A stretch of DNA of 64,000 nt from Octopus sinensis (Eukaryota): assembly GCF_006345805.1 (NCBI RefSeq), contig NC_043002.1, positions 60,140,001-60,204,000 of the forward strand, in the 5' to 3' direction. The translations under genes and the position numbers were made by a program. Below are positions 63,123 through 64,000 of this stretch, piece after piece. The first letter of the stretch is position 1; every line of letters starts with the position of its first letter. The notes below the pieces were generated by a model. It saw nothing but the letters and a program-made list of their open reading frames with translations. It made no database searches and had not been told where the DNA came from.

Positions 63123-64000
63123 ATGTGTATATATATGTATATATATATATATATATGTGTGTGTGTGCCTGTGTGTGTGTGCCTGTGCGTGTATATATAT
63201 GTATGTATATATATATAGAGAGAGAGACAGAGAGAGAGAAACAGAGAGAGAGAGAGACAATTACAGTGGTTGCAAATAAATGTCCAACTGTGCTCTTTTG
63301 TTCACTCCAGCTTATTCAAATATATACATATGTACACACACACATACACTGACACTCACAGACATAACGACAGAGAGCGATAGTGGGGAGAGTGTAGTTC
63401 TCACGAACATGAGGTAGAGCGTTTGTTCTTCAGCAAGTCACTTCATTTCAACGTTGCTGCAAGCTGTTTCGACATTTGCCTTTAAAATTGGTGGTGTGAA
63501 GTGGGGGATGCTGGTATGCATGTGTGACTGCTGGTCTTCCATAAAGAACCTTGTCCGGATTTGTGTGTCAGCGGGGAACGTTAGGTGCACACCCATGGTC
63601 ATTTGTACACACACACACACACTTACATATATATATATATATATATAGCCTCCAAATTATTTGGGACAATACAACATGTATTTTGGCTGGAATTGTGGCT
63701 AATTTAGACCAGAGCCTCTCTAAGTTATTTTGTTGAAGCGATAATTCTAGTTTTGGGAACAGAAATATAGATTTATTGCTTTCGACGTATTGCTGAGAAA
63801 ATCAGCACACATTGGAAAAGAACTTTAAACAACCTACTAGCTTATAAATGTTTGGTTTCGCTGAGTGGGGGTGTGGGTGAGTACTGTTGAGGCGGCGCGT
63901 ATATTTTTTCATTGTTATCAACGGATATTTTCAAACTGATGTGATGTGCATTTTGTTTTTTATAAATATCACACCACACTTTTCATCAATTAATAGCCAA

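Overview
AT-rich, microsatellite-saturated eukaryotic DNA made almost entirely of transposable-element debris. The SINE families and (TA)n/(AAT)n density resemble Octopus-type cephalopod genomes (recalled, not verified). No host protein-coding gene could be identified with confidence; nearly all listed ORFs are microsatellite or SINE translations. Recognisable elements: two 5'-truncated Penelope-like elements (PLEs) with C-terminal GIY-YIG endonuclease and inverted pseudo-LTRs (6.8-10.1 kb, 53.7-54.8 kb), a decayed CR1/L2-group LINE (33.1-36.2 kb), an RTE LINE 3' end, two R4/Dong-type RLE fragments, three non-autonomous Helitrons, several Tc1/mariner relics (one DD37D-like), four or five tRNA-derived SINE families and hairpin MITE-like elements. 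The main signal is a dense set of type I hammerhead ribozyme motifs: about 16 intact or decayed copies plus one partial, from about 9 sequence families. Three of these families are ORF-less tandem units (about 570, 485 and 353 bp) sitting in (TA)n arrays, i.e. candidate non-autonomous PLE/retrozyme-like mobile RNAs. The 353-bp unit also carries a 73-nt four-way-junction fold and is nested inside the internal (TA)n of a SINE. All alignments and folds were done by eye; some boundaries are approximate.
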